NCBI GenBank assembly: GCA_021613535.1
Contig: CP075493.1
Span: 12,214,001-12,278,000 of the forward strand
Source of the DNA: Adineta vaga
Taxonomy: Eukaryota; Animalia; Rotifera
Length of the DNA: 64,000 nucleotides
Reading direction: 5' to 3'
A program made the position numbers and the translations under genes. This document shows positions 39,256-51,982 of the stretch, one piece after another. Positions within the stretch are counted from its first letter, which is position 1; each line of letters opens with the position of its first letter. The notes beneath the pieces are model-generated. The model did not search any database, was not told where the DNA came from, and was given only the letters and a program-made list of their open reading frames with translations.

Positions 39256-41090
39256 TATTGTGTCAATGATGTGCGACTGTTTTAAGGAATGCAAAAATTC
39301 TTTTAATGAATAGTTCTATGAAAGATGAGCAGAACAACGAGTTGATCCAAATCTGATTACAAATGAACGTATATATCATCTGAAGTAACTACACCATAAG
39401 AGACAGAAGATTTTATTGTGATTAAAAATGATAATTATTTTGCTAAGTAACTGAACTACTGTCACGGATAAAAACAAACATGAATGTTATCATTTCCATA
39501 CTATGAACATAGGAATCTCTACAAAATGAGATAGGAAAAGGTTTTCTGTCACTCATTAATTCTAATTCACATAGATTCAATGACAGTTTTGTGCGTAGAG
39601 CGACAATTTCTCAAAGTAAAATCTAATACGTTTATGTGGATGAAGATCATTATGCTCTTATCTTTCCTTGCTTGTATACGCAAAAGTACATATCTAAATT
39701 AGAATAATCAACAGAAAAGGAGGAAAATAAAGGATATTGAGGATGTTCTGAAACAGTGGTGAATAATTTCGATTTTTTTATTTATCTACCATAGTTAATA
39801 CTATTGATGAGAAACGAGAAGAATAATGTTGATTATGTTTTTGACACTTTTCGCAGATATTGAATTTTATGTAAATGATAGGAACGTTTTCTTCTGTGTG
39901 TCTCTTTGATTGTACGAGGGTGTGAGTGTTACAGAAAGGCTGACTAACATAAAGATATAAAAGCACATATCTGACTTTTTGCTTTTCTTTCTTCTTTTCT
40001 ACTCTGCGCATGACGAATAATCCATATAGTCATAGTTGTCGAACAGGCTCTTCTTTAGATGAAGAAAAAAGAAGTGATGTTTTTCTTTCTCTCCTATAGT
40101 GTAACGCTGACGACGACTGTAAGAAAATTGAAATGGCTAGAACATTGATTATAAAGTCAATGCATATTTTTATCACAGTTGCTTGTCAATACATCACTTT
40201 CAATTCTTGTGACAATATCTACGACATACGAGACAGAAGAAATCAGTTTGAACTGTTGCATTCAATCACATAAGATTAGAGTACTATATAATCAATAACT
40301 CTTATCTAGTTGTACAAAGAATGAATCATTAGAAAGATGTTAGTAGCGATTCATAAAATTAATATGACGATAAATTCATCAAATTGCATTCTGGCATCCT
40401 GTCGACTTTTCACCGTCAGGTTGCATCGTAACTAAGCTTGCTTAACCTCTTGAATACTGCTGCTTTCAAGCTGAAGACAAGATAGAGAAAAGAGATATAT
40501 TCCTGCTTTCTTTCAAATCGTTCATCAGGGACTTACACTAGAGAGAGTGATTCGCCATCTTATTTCTGTATAACCACCATAGAACGAAAAAATTTCATCG
40601 GCATCAAAGAGATCAAGCCACATGAATTCTAACTATTCAACATACAAATTCTCATTCATACTCTCATACGCACGAGAATTTTTCGAGGAAACAATACGAA
40701 ATTTTGAAGAATATGTTGTTGCCTATAATTTTCTTGTAAATTTAATATATATATATAAATCAAGTTTCATTCGTATTCATATCCTTAGATCTTTTTGCTA
40801 CTATATTTCATATAGAATTAAAGCTCGCAATAGATGCATTCTTTCTTTGTTTTAGAAAATAAAACAAATATTGGCGAGATATATAAGATAAGAACTATGA
40901 AATAAAGTCTTGTGTATAATTTGTCGTTATCGGTAAGTAAAAATTCTCGCTTTTGCCTTTGATAAAACAGATGAAAAGAAATAAAACAATCTCTTTTTTA
41001 CAATGAAACAAAACGAAAGGAAAATTTTAATTTCGTAAATCAAAGCATATTTCTTTCTTTTTAGACTATCTTAGCAAAACAAAATATTCA

Positions 41091-42956
41091 ATGTCAGAGT
41101 GTTCAACTTTCATTCCACATGCATTTAAATAAACCAAATGCCGTGAATGTGGTCAGACAGAAGATAAACATTCTGAAGTAGAAAATTTAATAAAATTCGA
41201 CGATCCTTTACCAAATGATGACTCAGCGCCGAAAGTTATTATGCGCGGTAATGTTACATTGAGTCGATCTTCCATTCATCGAAATACAATCGACCAAGGG
41301 AATAAACGCCCTCCAACCAATTTCATTAGACAAAGATCTATTTCATCCGATAGAAAATCACTAACGCAACAAATACCAAACCAGTTTGATTCGAAATATT
41401 CTAGAAGAGATACAATACATTTTATGCAATATTCCCAAACATCTGGATTTGAAGCGAAACAAACATATAATGCTCAGAAACCTGAATATCAGAATGTGTT
41501 TAATTCAGAAAAACGACCATGCCGATATGGTTCGAAATGTTATAGGAAAAATCCTGGACATTTCCAGTATTACTCACATCCTCAAGAGCAAAATAGAAGT
41601 TTTGAATCATTAGAAGAAGGCTTAGAAAAACAATTGGAACTTGTTGAAAAACAATTTATTGCATGAATAGCAGATTTAAAAAATAAAAATGTATATTATG
41701 AACAAGAAATTGAAAAGCTACGTCAAGAGAAAGTTCAAATGGCACGATATCATCAACAGCTAGAAAAGGCATTAGCTGTTGCAACGGATGAACGAGAACG
41801 TTGTGAGATAGAAAAGAAACGAATTTTATCCATTCCACGTGATACACCAAGCTATTGGGGTATCAATGCATTTGAAGAACCGTTTCGTGAAATAGATATT
41901 CGTCATGAATCACCTAAATTTAGAATTATTGATGATTTGTTTAATAGTACAATTGCAAATCATGGTAATAGATTTGGAACTATTTATGGAAAAGATCCAA
42001 CTAAATTCATTGTTACAAAGATTACTCGAATTCATAATGATAAACTTTGGCATGAATATTGTTTCAAAAAAGTATGTTTTATTTCATTTAAATAAGGAGA
42101 GAGATCATCTATAGGGACTAAAAATTGTTTTAAAGATAATCAATCTTTCTTTGAATGTGATAAATTTATCGAATTAATGTCATCTATAGAAATTGAGAGA
42201 ACTTTTCATGGAGTTTAGCGCATGTTAAAAAGCAATTTTAGATTCCATTTTGATTGTATTATTGAATGCCAATTTTCATTTAAGGATAATATTAGAAATA
42301 AAACAAACCATCGTCTAATGGAATTTGAAAGCTCAAGATATTTTCAAGATCATCCGCTTTTAACACCATTATTAGACGCATCTGTTAATGAATACTGGTT
42401 ATTTCATGGTTGTGATAAAGATATATTGCCTATTTTAGTACGTCAAGGCTATGATCCTCGAGTTTCAAGTGTAATGGGAATGTTTGGAGGTGGATTTTAT
42501 TTAGCTGAAAATTCAAGCAAATCAAATCAATATATACCATGTCCTGGTTGCCGAAAAAATGCTATATTCTATGGAGAAGGATGTAGTTGTGGAGATGAAG
42601 AAGAGATCGAATTATCAATGCTTCTTTATCGTGTATCATTAGGCGATGTACATATAGCTAAAATCTATGAGAAGACAATTTATCGTGGACAAGAAAAAAG
42701 TCCAATTCGTCGACCACCAATGAAAGAAAATTCTCTCGGTTTATATGATTCAGTTATGGGCGAATCAAAGACACATGGTGGAAATGCATTACAATATCGC
42801 GAATTTATTTTATATGAAACTGGTCAAGCATATCCGGAATATATTATACGATTTAAAAGGTCTGCGATGAACGCATTTCCCTCTTCTGATACGACGAAAT
42901 TGTTCAATAAATGTCGAATGTTTCTTCAAAATACATTTAATTCAAAAAAAGAATAA
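41091..42956 (+). pseudogene. Zinc-finger + PBZ + coiled-coil + tankyrase-like PARP catalytic domain; two in-frame nonsense codons
   Basis: One frame from ATG 41091 is interrupted by TAA 41130 and TGA 41664. PBZ CRYGSKCYRKNPGHFQYYSH; intron at about 42072-42284; PARP triad WLFHG, GFYLAENSSKSNQY, YREF. Confidence 0.8.
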
Positions 42957-43238
42957 TTTATTCGTCAGAATTTTATCTTTCTTTGTTTCTAATACAATTT
43001 CATAGTCAAGAAAATAAAGAACATTATAAGACTTTAAGAATATATTGATTCGAATGCCATTTCTTTCTTTCTTTCTTTATATTACTCAATATATTCATAC
43101 ACATGGGGAAAAAACCAAAGATGTTCGTTTTTATTTATATATCAGTGTGAAGAGACAAAAAAATAGGTTCTTATTTTTCATTTCACAGTAATAATTATAG
43201 CAATAAGATCTACTAGTACAGATGATCAAATTCATTCA

Positions 43239-43612
43239 ATGAAAACGATTGAAAATATTAGTCTTGTTTGGTTTGAACCAACTAACGAATATTTTCAAAT
43301 GCGATTATCTCAATTGAATGATGGGTTAGTTTTTTTTTTCATAATGAATTCGATTCTTGCATGATATTTCTTAAAAATTCTAGAAATAAATCTTCCTTTT
43401 GAACATAATATTATAAACGTGTATTGAATATTTACGAACAAACGTTACCGGATTCTCATGAAGATATTCAACAAGTGAAAGAACGTATTAAAAATATAGA
43501 AAGCTTTTTCAAGATCCGTGAAAACAAACAGAATATAGAACAATCGAAGAGTTTCGAATTTGAAGTATATGATTGGATGGAACCCTTATATGACAGTAAT
43601 GACGATTTATAA
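43239..43612 (+). pseudogene. Remnant of a receiver-like/TPR gene (N- and C-terminal pieces only)
   Basis: MKTIENISLVWFE.. resembles the ExFxLxWLD start of the ART-TPR family. YKRVLNIYEQTLPDSHEDI is a terminal TPR-like helix pair. Confidence 0.45.
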
Positions 43613-43754
43613 TCTAAAGAAATTTTATTTTCGAAAAAGATTCTTCTCTTTATAAAAATCTCGATGAGGATGTGGATGTAGCTAGTAGTGATACATCGAT
43701 ATCTCACCAAAATCCACGCCCATGCTTTAGGTTATTGTTGGATTTCTTGAATGA

Positions 43755-46089
43755 TTACATCATATCGATTTCAGTTGTGTAATCGTTAACAGTAGATATC
43801 GTGAGAGTCTGAATAGAATAAAAACAAATTAGAGGTAAGAATCGTAAGAAAGATGAAAATTACCATGTTGCTTCGTATTACACGATGCAAATGTTGTATT
43901 CCTTCTGTCGAAATGTCATTCATTTCGAGGCAAAGTGTCGTGAGCGTCTGTTTAATTAATATGAATATGAATATGATGAAAATACAATTTATAATACCGT
44001 ATTAGTTTGTAGTGCCTCAGCTAAACGATCTACTCCTTGTGTTGTAATATCGTTGTTTTTAAGATCAAGTGTAATAAGTGTCTGTATAGAATAATTTAAA
44101 TAGATAACAATAATACGAACTAAGGAAGAGTTACTGTGTTATTTCTTAACATATCAGCTAAATAGTTTGCTCCTCTATCGTCGATGTGATTGTCTTCAAG
44201 ATAGAGGTTCATTAGTGTCTACGGAAAGAGATAACGACAGACAAGAAAAATAAATAGGAAGGTAAAATTTTAATTACTTTATTGATTCGTAATGCATCTA
44301 CGAGATATTGTATTCCTTGAAGTCCGAGATTATTTTTCGCAACATTGAGTGTGGTGAGTGTCTGTGACCAAAAGTGACTATATATCAGATCTGAGAGAAA
44401 AAAGAACTTACTGTACTGTTTCGTAATAAATCAGCAAGATATCGTACTCCTTCAGCTGCGAAATGATTGTTTCTAAGATCAAGTATAACTAGTGGCTACG
44501 TGGAAAGAGAAATGGGAGATAAATATAGACATAATGAAGATTATCACTTTGTTTCGCAACATATCAATTAAATATTGTATTCCACTGTTCTGAATCGAAT
44601 TATCTCCAAGATGGAGTGAGGTAAGTGTCTACGATCCAAAATAAAGATCGATTTACAAATAAAAGAGCGTAAAAACTACTGTATTATTTTTCAACGCTTC
44701 ACAGAAAGATTTTATTTCATTGTCTCCAATGTGATTTTCTCGAAGATAAAGTGTACTGAGTGTCTAGGTTAATAGATTAGCACATATTGTGAAAAGAATA
44801 AAATAGAATTAAGTGTCATTACTGTATTATTTCGTAATGCATCACACAAACACCGAATCCCAGTACCGGTGATTTGTTCACCATCAAAATTGAGTGTATC
44901 AAGTATCTGAGTAAGAATAATTAACTTTACGATAAACAAACTATTTTATACGTACGTCTTCTGTAACAACCGTCCCATTTTTGCTATCTCTATTCAAAAT
45001 TTGAACATCATCAATCGATGATACTTTATATCTGAGTATAATCCCGGGTTCCATCAGGGTATATGTGGGAAATGTGTAGAGTATCATTCGACTTTTACAC
45101 GAACCTGTAAGGTAATAATCACAAGTGACAAACCAATGTTTATCATCGAGCCAAAATGGTGTTCGAAATGAATGAATATATGATATGGGTTGGCGGGCAT
45201 CAGAATACAAAAGGAAAGAAGTGGAAAACATGAAATCGAATTTATCCAATAGTGGTAACTTTGTTTGAATAAACTCGACCCAAAAAGCACCGTCAAATTG
45301 GAAAATCGATGAATGCCCCTTAGAACTCAGTTTCAGATGAACCAGTGATGGTGTTAACGAAAGGATCGTTTTGAGATGTTTCGCATAATACGGACAATTC
45401 TTAATTGTTAGTGATGTTAATTGTGGATAGGTGACGTCAGCAAAAGGTACGATATTTGATCCATCTAGACCATACGCATCACTGTTTTCCAATGCAAGTG
45501 TACGTAAAAGCGGTAAATGACTAAGAATCAAATGGAGATCTGTATAGGTACAACGTCCGATTGTCAAATGTTGTAATGTACACTGAACAGGCCATGATAT
45601 ATTTTTAATGATATTATGGAATTTATCAAGATATAACTGCTTCAAATGACATCGATTGATAGCTGATACAATAGTAGCAAGTGCTTTGGTTTTATTTGCT
45701 TCACGCGAATTGATTGAAAGTGACGTCAGTGTAAAAATATTGATATGCTGTAAAAATCGATCGAGATCAACCTGATCGATTTGATCAAGAGTCAACGAAT
45801 TGAGTCGTGAAAAACGGTGAACGTCATAGACTGAGAAAAATTTACGTAATTTTCCTTTATAATTATTGGAAATAGTTAACGAAATGATGTTTTCAGGTTG
45901 AATAATATAAGAGACAAGTTCTAAATTAGACTTTGAAATTGAGGTGAAATCCAGCTGACACTTATTGTAAGTCACAATTGCTGCATGAAATTGCTTGCAA
46001 ACACAACGGAACGAACAAAAGATGCTTTTAAAATCCAAATGGTCAAGAATTCGATGAAGAAGTTCGACGGGTAAGGATAGAAAATCCAT
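43755..46089 (-). CDS. F-box + LRR-like + C-terminal RNI/NLRC3-type LRR array protein
   Basis: Large exon 1 (MDFLSLPVELLHRILDHL) is followed by eight 81-84-bp phase-0 exons, each one LRR (e.g. TLSTLYLRENHIGDNEIKSFCEALKNNT, TLMNLYLEDNHIDDRGANYLADMLRNNT). The terminal exon ends at TAA 43755. Confidence 0.9.
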
Positions 46090-46529
46090 AGTAGATATTC
46101 TTAGTTAAATAAGTGACGAACGGGTATTGCTTCGTTGAAAGATAATATTAGTAGGTATGTATGTGTATCTTGATGTATTAAATGACATATTATTGCGAAA
46201 TTTTTCTCTTTCTGCATTCTTCTTCAAACAATACACTTTGTTATCGCACATGGAGAACATGTTTTACTTTGCTTTCATAACTACGTAAGCTGCCGAAAAC
46301 GTAAAATTCGAATTGAAATCTTTTGAGGGTACGCGTGTGAATATCCTAAGGTCTTCTTAACTTATATCCACACCGTCAATTTTTCTGTGTGCAAATCCAT
46401 TCGTATGCTTTTGAATAAGACAGCTATATGAAGAAATGCAATGTACATATAAAAGGAATTGAAATGAACTATGTTCACGGCGCAAGAAAAAAGTGCTCTT
46501 TTCTATTAATGAATTTTATTGTTTATAAT

Positions 46530-47466
46530 GGGTGTCCCAGAAATAATGAGCCTCTCAGTATTTTTAAAATTTCTTCGCTATCATCCTTTTAATAAAAACA
46601 CTTTTTTTATCAAAAGATAGCGCTTGAAATTCTGCACAAAACCATATACGGTTGAAACGAAAAACTATTTTAGATATATTTGAAAAAAGATGAAAAATAA
46701 AGACATACGAAAAGCTGTAAAATGTAAACAGGTTGAGCATAATGAATGATCGTGCTCTCCATCCCATTTTTTCATCGCTTAGTTTACTCTACTAAAAAAA
46801 CAAAATACACCAAAAGATGCAGCCTGAAAAGTTCTACAATTTACATACGCTCACTTATTTTATAGTTGCACTTTTTGTTTTCAAAGTCGACAAAATTTTG
46901 AGCTCTCAAAGTTCGACTGTGCAAAAAAGAAACTTTTTTTGATACAAGATGAATTCGTTTTTTTCTTATTTCCTCTTTTTATAATTTGTTCGTTGTAAAT
47001 TGTAGAGCTTCTCACGCTGCATCCTGTGATATATTTTTTTTTCTAATAAAACAATATAAGTAATAACAAGATGAAATAGAAAAAAAGCGAATTCATATGC
47101 GATCACTCAAAAAATTTGTGCTTAGTTTGAAAAATAAAAACTTGCAACTATAAAATAAGTGGGCGTATGTAGATTATAGATCTTTTCAGACTGCATCTTT
47201 TGGTATGTTTTGTTTTTTCTAATAGGGCGATACAAAGAAAAGCGCAGTCATTCACTATGCTGAACCCGTTACATTTTACAGCTTTTTGTATGTCTTTACT
47301 TTCCATCTTTTTTCAAATATATCTAAAATCGTTTTTCGTTTCAACCATATATGGTTTTGTGCAGAATCTCAAGCGCTATCTTTTGATAAAAAAAGTGTTT
47401 TTATTAAAAGGATGATAGCGAAGAAATTTTAAAAATACTGAGAGGCTCATTATTTCTGGGACACCC
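46530..47466. mobile_element. Non-autonomous Tc1/mariner-like element (MITE) with ~350-bp TIRs
   Basis: GGGTGTCCCAGAAATAATGAGCCTCTCAG... at 46530 is mirrored by ...CTGAGAGGCTCATTATTTCTGGGACACCC at 47466. Arms are nearly identical for the outer ~100 bp and diverge inward (to about 46885 and 47125). The terminus resembles mariner/Tc1 CAGGGTGTCCC; the TA TSD is not clean. Confidence 0.85.
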
Positions 47467-47946
47467 GTGAATAGGAGAATAGTTATTCTCAACACTACAC
47501 AGATTTTTCCTTGTTATATTTGTATTTACCTGACTTGAGATATACACGATGTAACTATACATATTATTATGGGCATACATGATGCTTTTATTATTGTTAT
47601 TTTGTGCGCAATTCTGAATCATATTTTGCTCGAAAGCTAAACGAGTCTTTCATTTACAGTCATTGTCATTGCATCGTAGTAATCTAGAAATAGATAGCGA
47701 ATTAAATGATAATCTATTGTTATCATCTTTCTTACTTCACATTGATCTATAGATATATGCATTCGGTCTTATCTTGAGACTGCGCTATAACTTAGTCATT
47801 GTCGTCAGAGATTATTGCATAAGTTTCTTTTCTAATAAATCGTCATCATTTTGTATGACTCAATTTGTACGACGTGTCAAACTATTGTGCATCAATAAAT
47901 ATTTTGCTTCAATTCATTAATAACAAGAAAGTAAGGGATATAAATA

Positions 47947-48650
47947 ATGACTAATTCGTCATTGATTTGCGTTAATAATAGAAAACCTATCATTGCTCTT
48001 GATTGTGACGGTGTTCTTCTTGATTATCAAACAACATATGCCCATATCTATAGAAAAACATTCGGCAAAGAAGTTACATTAGTCGCACCAAAAGCATATT
48101 ATGTGAGTATCGTAGAATGATCATTCTTCCGTCTTTGAAACTTGTTTCTACCTAATTTGTATAGGCATCTGTTAGATATGGTATCACATGGACGCCTGAA
48201 GAACGTTCTCGATTTCGTGCTGCATGGGATGCCGATGCATGGCGAACGATGTCAATGCTTGACGGTGCTCTCGAAGCCTGTCAGCTCCTGCATGCAGCTG
48301 GTTATGAACTAGTATGTGTTACAGCACTACGTCAGTGTTTCACTGAACATCGTTTAGAAAATTTTCGATTACATGGATTTCCTATTGATCGAATTATTAG
48401 TACAAGTGTGGATAAAGAAGATCGAAATAAAAATCCGAAGAAACATGCTATTGAACAGTTACGTCCGATAATCTTCGTCGACGATAAAAAACAAAATTTC
48501 AAAGATATCGAAGGTGGACAAACGAAATTTATTTTTATCGATCATGAATTACATGGTGATCCATATCGCGATGAAGACATCTATTATGATGCAAAATATT
48601 CCAGTCTCCTCGCATTTACCAAAGATTTTCTGAAAGATAAAGTAGTATAG
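47947..48650 (+). CDS. HAD-superfamily hydrolase (phosphatase/nucleotidase-like), proteobacterial type
   Basis: Exon 1 from ATG 47947 contains IALDCDGVLLDY (motif I). Phase-0 intron at about 48103-48164. Then LVCVTAL (II), NPKK (III), FVDDK (IV). Confidence 0.88.
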
Positions 48651-49825
48651 ACGGCAAAATCATATCTTCTGTTTGATGTTCTTCTTTTTCGATCCTCGTC
48701 ATCACTTTTTATTTTATATTGTGTGAATCTGAAAAATAACGATCTACATTTTTCTTTGCTCCTGCTTCTTCTCAATATCATGCGGAAGAGAGAAGGCAAA
48801 ATGAAAACAGTTACATACTTAATGCGTATGGCATGTTCTTTATTCAAGCAAAACAGTTTCATTCATTCGACTTATGTCTTATTCCCAAAACAAAAAAAGG
48901 AGGTTCACACAATACTGCTCAACGGAACAATGCAGGACCTCTTGTTGGTGTCATGACAACAAGAAGTATTGGGAACAACTGAAATACAACTCAAAATAAT
49001 GCTAAAAGTTCGGCATCATCACATTTATCTGAGAATAAAATTCAAATAAAAGCTAAACGTAGTGTAACAACGGTTGGTCCACAATCAATTGAACATGCTT
49101 CCATTCCTTTCATTCAAAGTACTCAGCTATCGTTATCTGTACTGGTCGTCCAGAACAAGTGAGTACATGGAAAAAGTGTGAATTTAATAAATATTATCCT
49201 CCTCAATTTGAATTATTCGGCAGTATGTGTCCTTTCTGTGATCATAGTATGCGTTTTCATCAAGTGAAACCAGAAGTAGAGTGAATCAGAATGCGAAGAA
49301 TATCAATTCTGATTTGATAAATTTATCGAATTACAAAAATTATACTGTTCAGTAAAAAAAAAGATTTGTCATATAATGATATATCAAGACAAGCAATGTT
49401 GAGCTTTATTAAAAGTCCTAATCATAGATACGTATTAATCAAGTATAGTTATAGTGCTGCGTATGATGAAAGAGAACATTCATTTCTGAGAAGATACCAA
49501 ATTATTAGCTTACAAACAGAATATGGTTTTCGAACAGTTGCATCTTGAGAGTGAGAGTGTCGGAATAGGTGATAAATAAAAGACGTTCACACCCTCACCC
49601 ACATTTTACCGAAATGTTCCATTTTCTTTTGCTTAAAACTAGGTGAAGAATGATGAGACAAATACTGTGTGCGCTCTCAGTACAAAACTAAACGAATATC
49701 ATCATCATCGCACTTTTTTATAGAAAAAGAATCAGCATATGAAAATATATCTAATTTCTATTTAATAAAAGATTATCCAATGCATTTTTCTTTATTCTCA
49801 AAACGATATAAAAAGTCGTATCGTC

Positions 49826-51413
49826 ATGATTGTGTTTCGTTTCATTCTAAACTATATGACGATAGTAGTAATTCGTTGGTTTCTTGTTCTTCTTTCAAGG
49901 TAGTTCTAAACATTCTGTTGTTCGATTCGTATAGATTTCTATTGATTTAGTGCATATATAGCTCACGTAGGAGCTCAGATATGCTATGATATGTCTCAGT
50001 ACGATAGATGTTCAGCAAATAGTGCATGTGGTTGTTTCCATATGTTGGGTGCTGATAGTACTGGTATTTGTGGTTTTCTTTGGAAATCTTGTTCTGAATT
50101 AGTTTCATGCGATCTTTCAAATAATGTTTGCCATAAGCCTGATCATGTATGTGTCCATCATCCTCGATGCCATGCTCAACCTGTTTGCTATCCAGTATCC
50201 ATGATGGATAACCGCATTTGTCCATCCATGACAGGTGAGGGAACGATCACTGATGAACATATTTCTTTGTCCTTCATACACTTTCACTTATACTATTTTG
50301 TATGCTATTAAAAACTGTCCGCTTTACTTATAATGTTTTAATTCGAAATATACAAATGAGTATTATAGTCACAACTCTGAATACAACTTCAGTTATGGCT
50401 ACAAGCACAACCACAAGCACGACCACAGCTCCACGACCAAGTAAAATTTACAACGATGATTTTAAATGTACTGTTTTCTTTTGTTTTAGTTCCACGGCGT
50501 GGAAGTTCGGTAGACATTCCTTCAAATGCAAAATGGGACAATAATGGAAAACAGTTAGCAGGATATAATTCCGGTGTTCGATAATCCCAAAGGCTTGTCT
50601 GTGAGTGTTGATCAAACTGTTTATGTTGCTGATTATTGGAAACATCATGTTGTCGCAAGGAAATCGGGTGAGGCAAATGGAAAGATAGTAGCTGGTGGTA
50701 ACGGAGATGGAAAGGGCATACATCAATTAGATAGACCAACAGATGTAATTTTAGATACTGAGACAGATAGTATCATTATTTGCGATTACTGGAATGGCAG
50801 AATAGTTCGATGGCCTCGTCAAAATGGAACAAAGGGAGAAACGATCCTATCGAATATCTCATGTATGAGTTTGACAATGGATGAAAACAAAACTCTATGT
50901 TTTACTGATCAGAATAATAATGCGGTACAACGGTATCGAATGGGCGAGTCAAAAGGAACGATAGTAGCTGGTGGGAATGGAAACGGAAATGGTCTTCATC
51001 AGTTCGATTATCCCACTTACATATTCGTTGATAAAGAACATTCCGTATACGTGTCTGATGGAGGCAATCATCGTGTAATGAAATGGATAGAAGGTGCAAA
51101 AGAGGGTATCGTTGTTGTGGGTGGTCAAGGCCGGGGAGGTAATTTAACACAACTAAATTATCCTCACGGTATTCTCGTTGATCAATTGGGCACTGCTTAT
51201 GCAAGTGACGAATGGAATCATCGAGTTGTATGTTGGCCTAAAGGAGCACAACAAGGAGATGTTATTATTGTTGGAAATGGCGCAGGAAAAGAAGCAAATC
51301 AACTTAATTGGCCTGAAGGAATATCATTTGATCTTCAAGGTAATATGTATAGTGTAGATCGGGCAAACATACGGATACAACAATTTTCAATTCAAATACC
51401 ATCAAATGAATGA
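49826..51413 (+). pseudogene. Secreted Cys-rich + Thr-rich + NHL-repeat protein with an apparent frameshift near 50570
   Basis: Signal exon, Cys-rich exon (CSANSACGC..CVHHPRC), Thr-rich exon, then NAKWDNNG..GYNSGVR* with the six NHL blades (FDNPKGL, LDRPTDV, FDYPTYI, LNYPHGI, LNWPEGI) in another frame. Confidence 0.7.
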
Positions 51414-51982
51414 GAATAACTAAACTCTATTTATCTCAACTAATACTTATTTTACTGGATGATTTACAATTTTATCTGAGAGAAATAAAACCAATTCTTA
51501 TTTCCTTATATTTTACTTAGAATATATACGAAATAAATTAGTTTTTATTCAGATTCACAAGATATAAACGCATCGTCGTATATTTTTCCTTCTGGAAAAT
51601 GTACTACTATACAACTGTCGTTATACTAGTTTATATTAATAGAAATTACTTTTGACGCACATATAAGTAAAAATGAATATACCATATCGAAATTAACATC
51701 GCACAAAAACAGAATAGAAGCAATCATGCAAAATTACCTGCTGACGTATTTTTCTTTTCGTTATGGCGAACAAACCCACTGCTGGTAGAAGAAAAATAAC
51801 AAGACACAAGTTGCTAATTTTCAATGATAGATGAGTCACATAGTCGACGATAGATATATATGAAACGCATTTATAATTTTTAACATTCTCATTTTGTTAT
51901 ATAGTATGTATTCTAAACATGCGTAAAGGGTTATACAGTTTTAAATATATGAAATTTTGTTTTTTCTTGCAGCGCAATAAAA

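Noticed and set aside
43755-44907. ~135-bp periodic pattern as a non-coding tandem array
   Set aside because: It is explained by one-LRR-per-exon coding structure.
49060-49290. Small Cys/His fragment (MCPFCDHSMRFHQVKPEVE*)
   Set aside because: No consistent start or splice model; too short to support.
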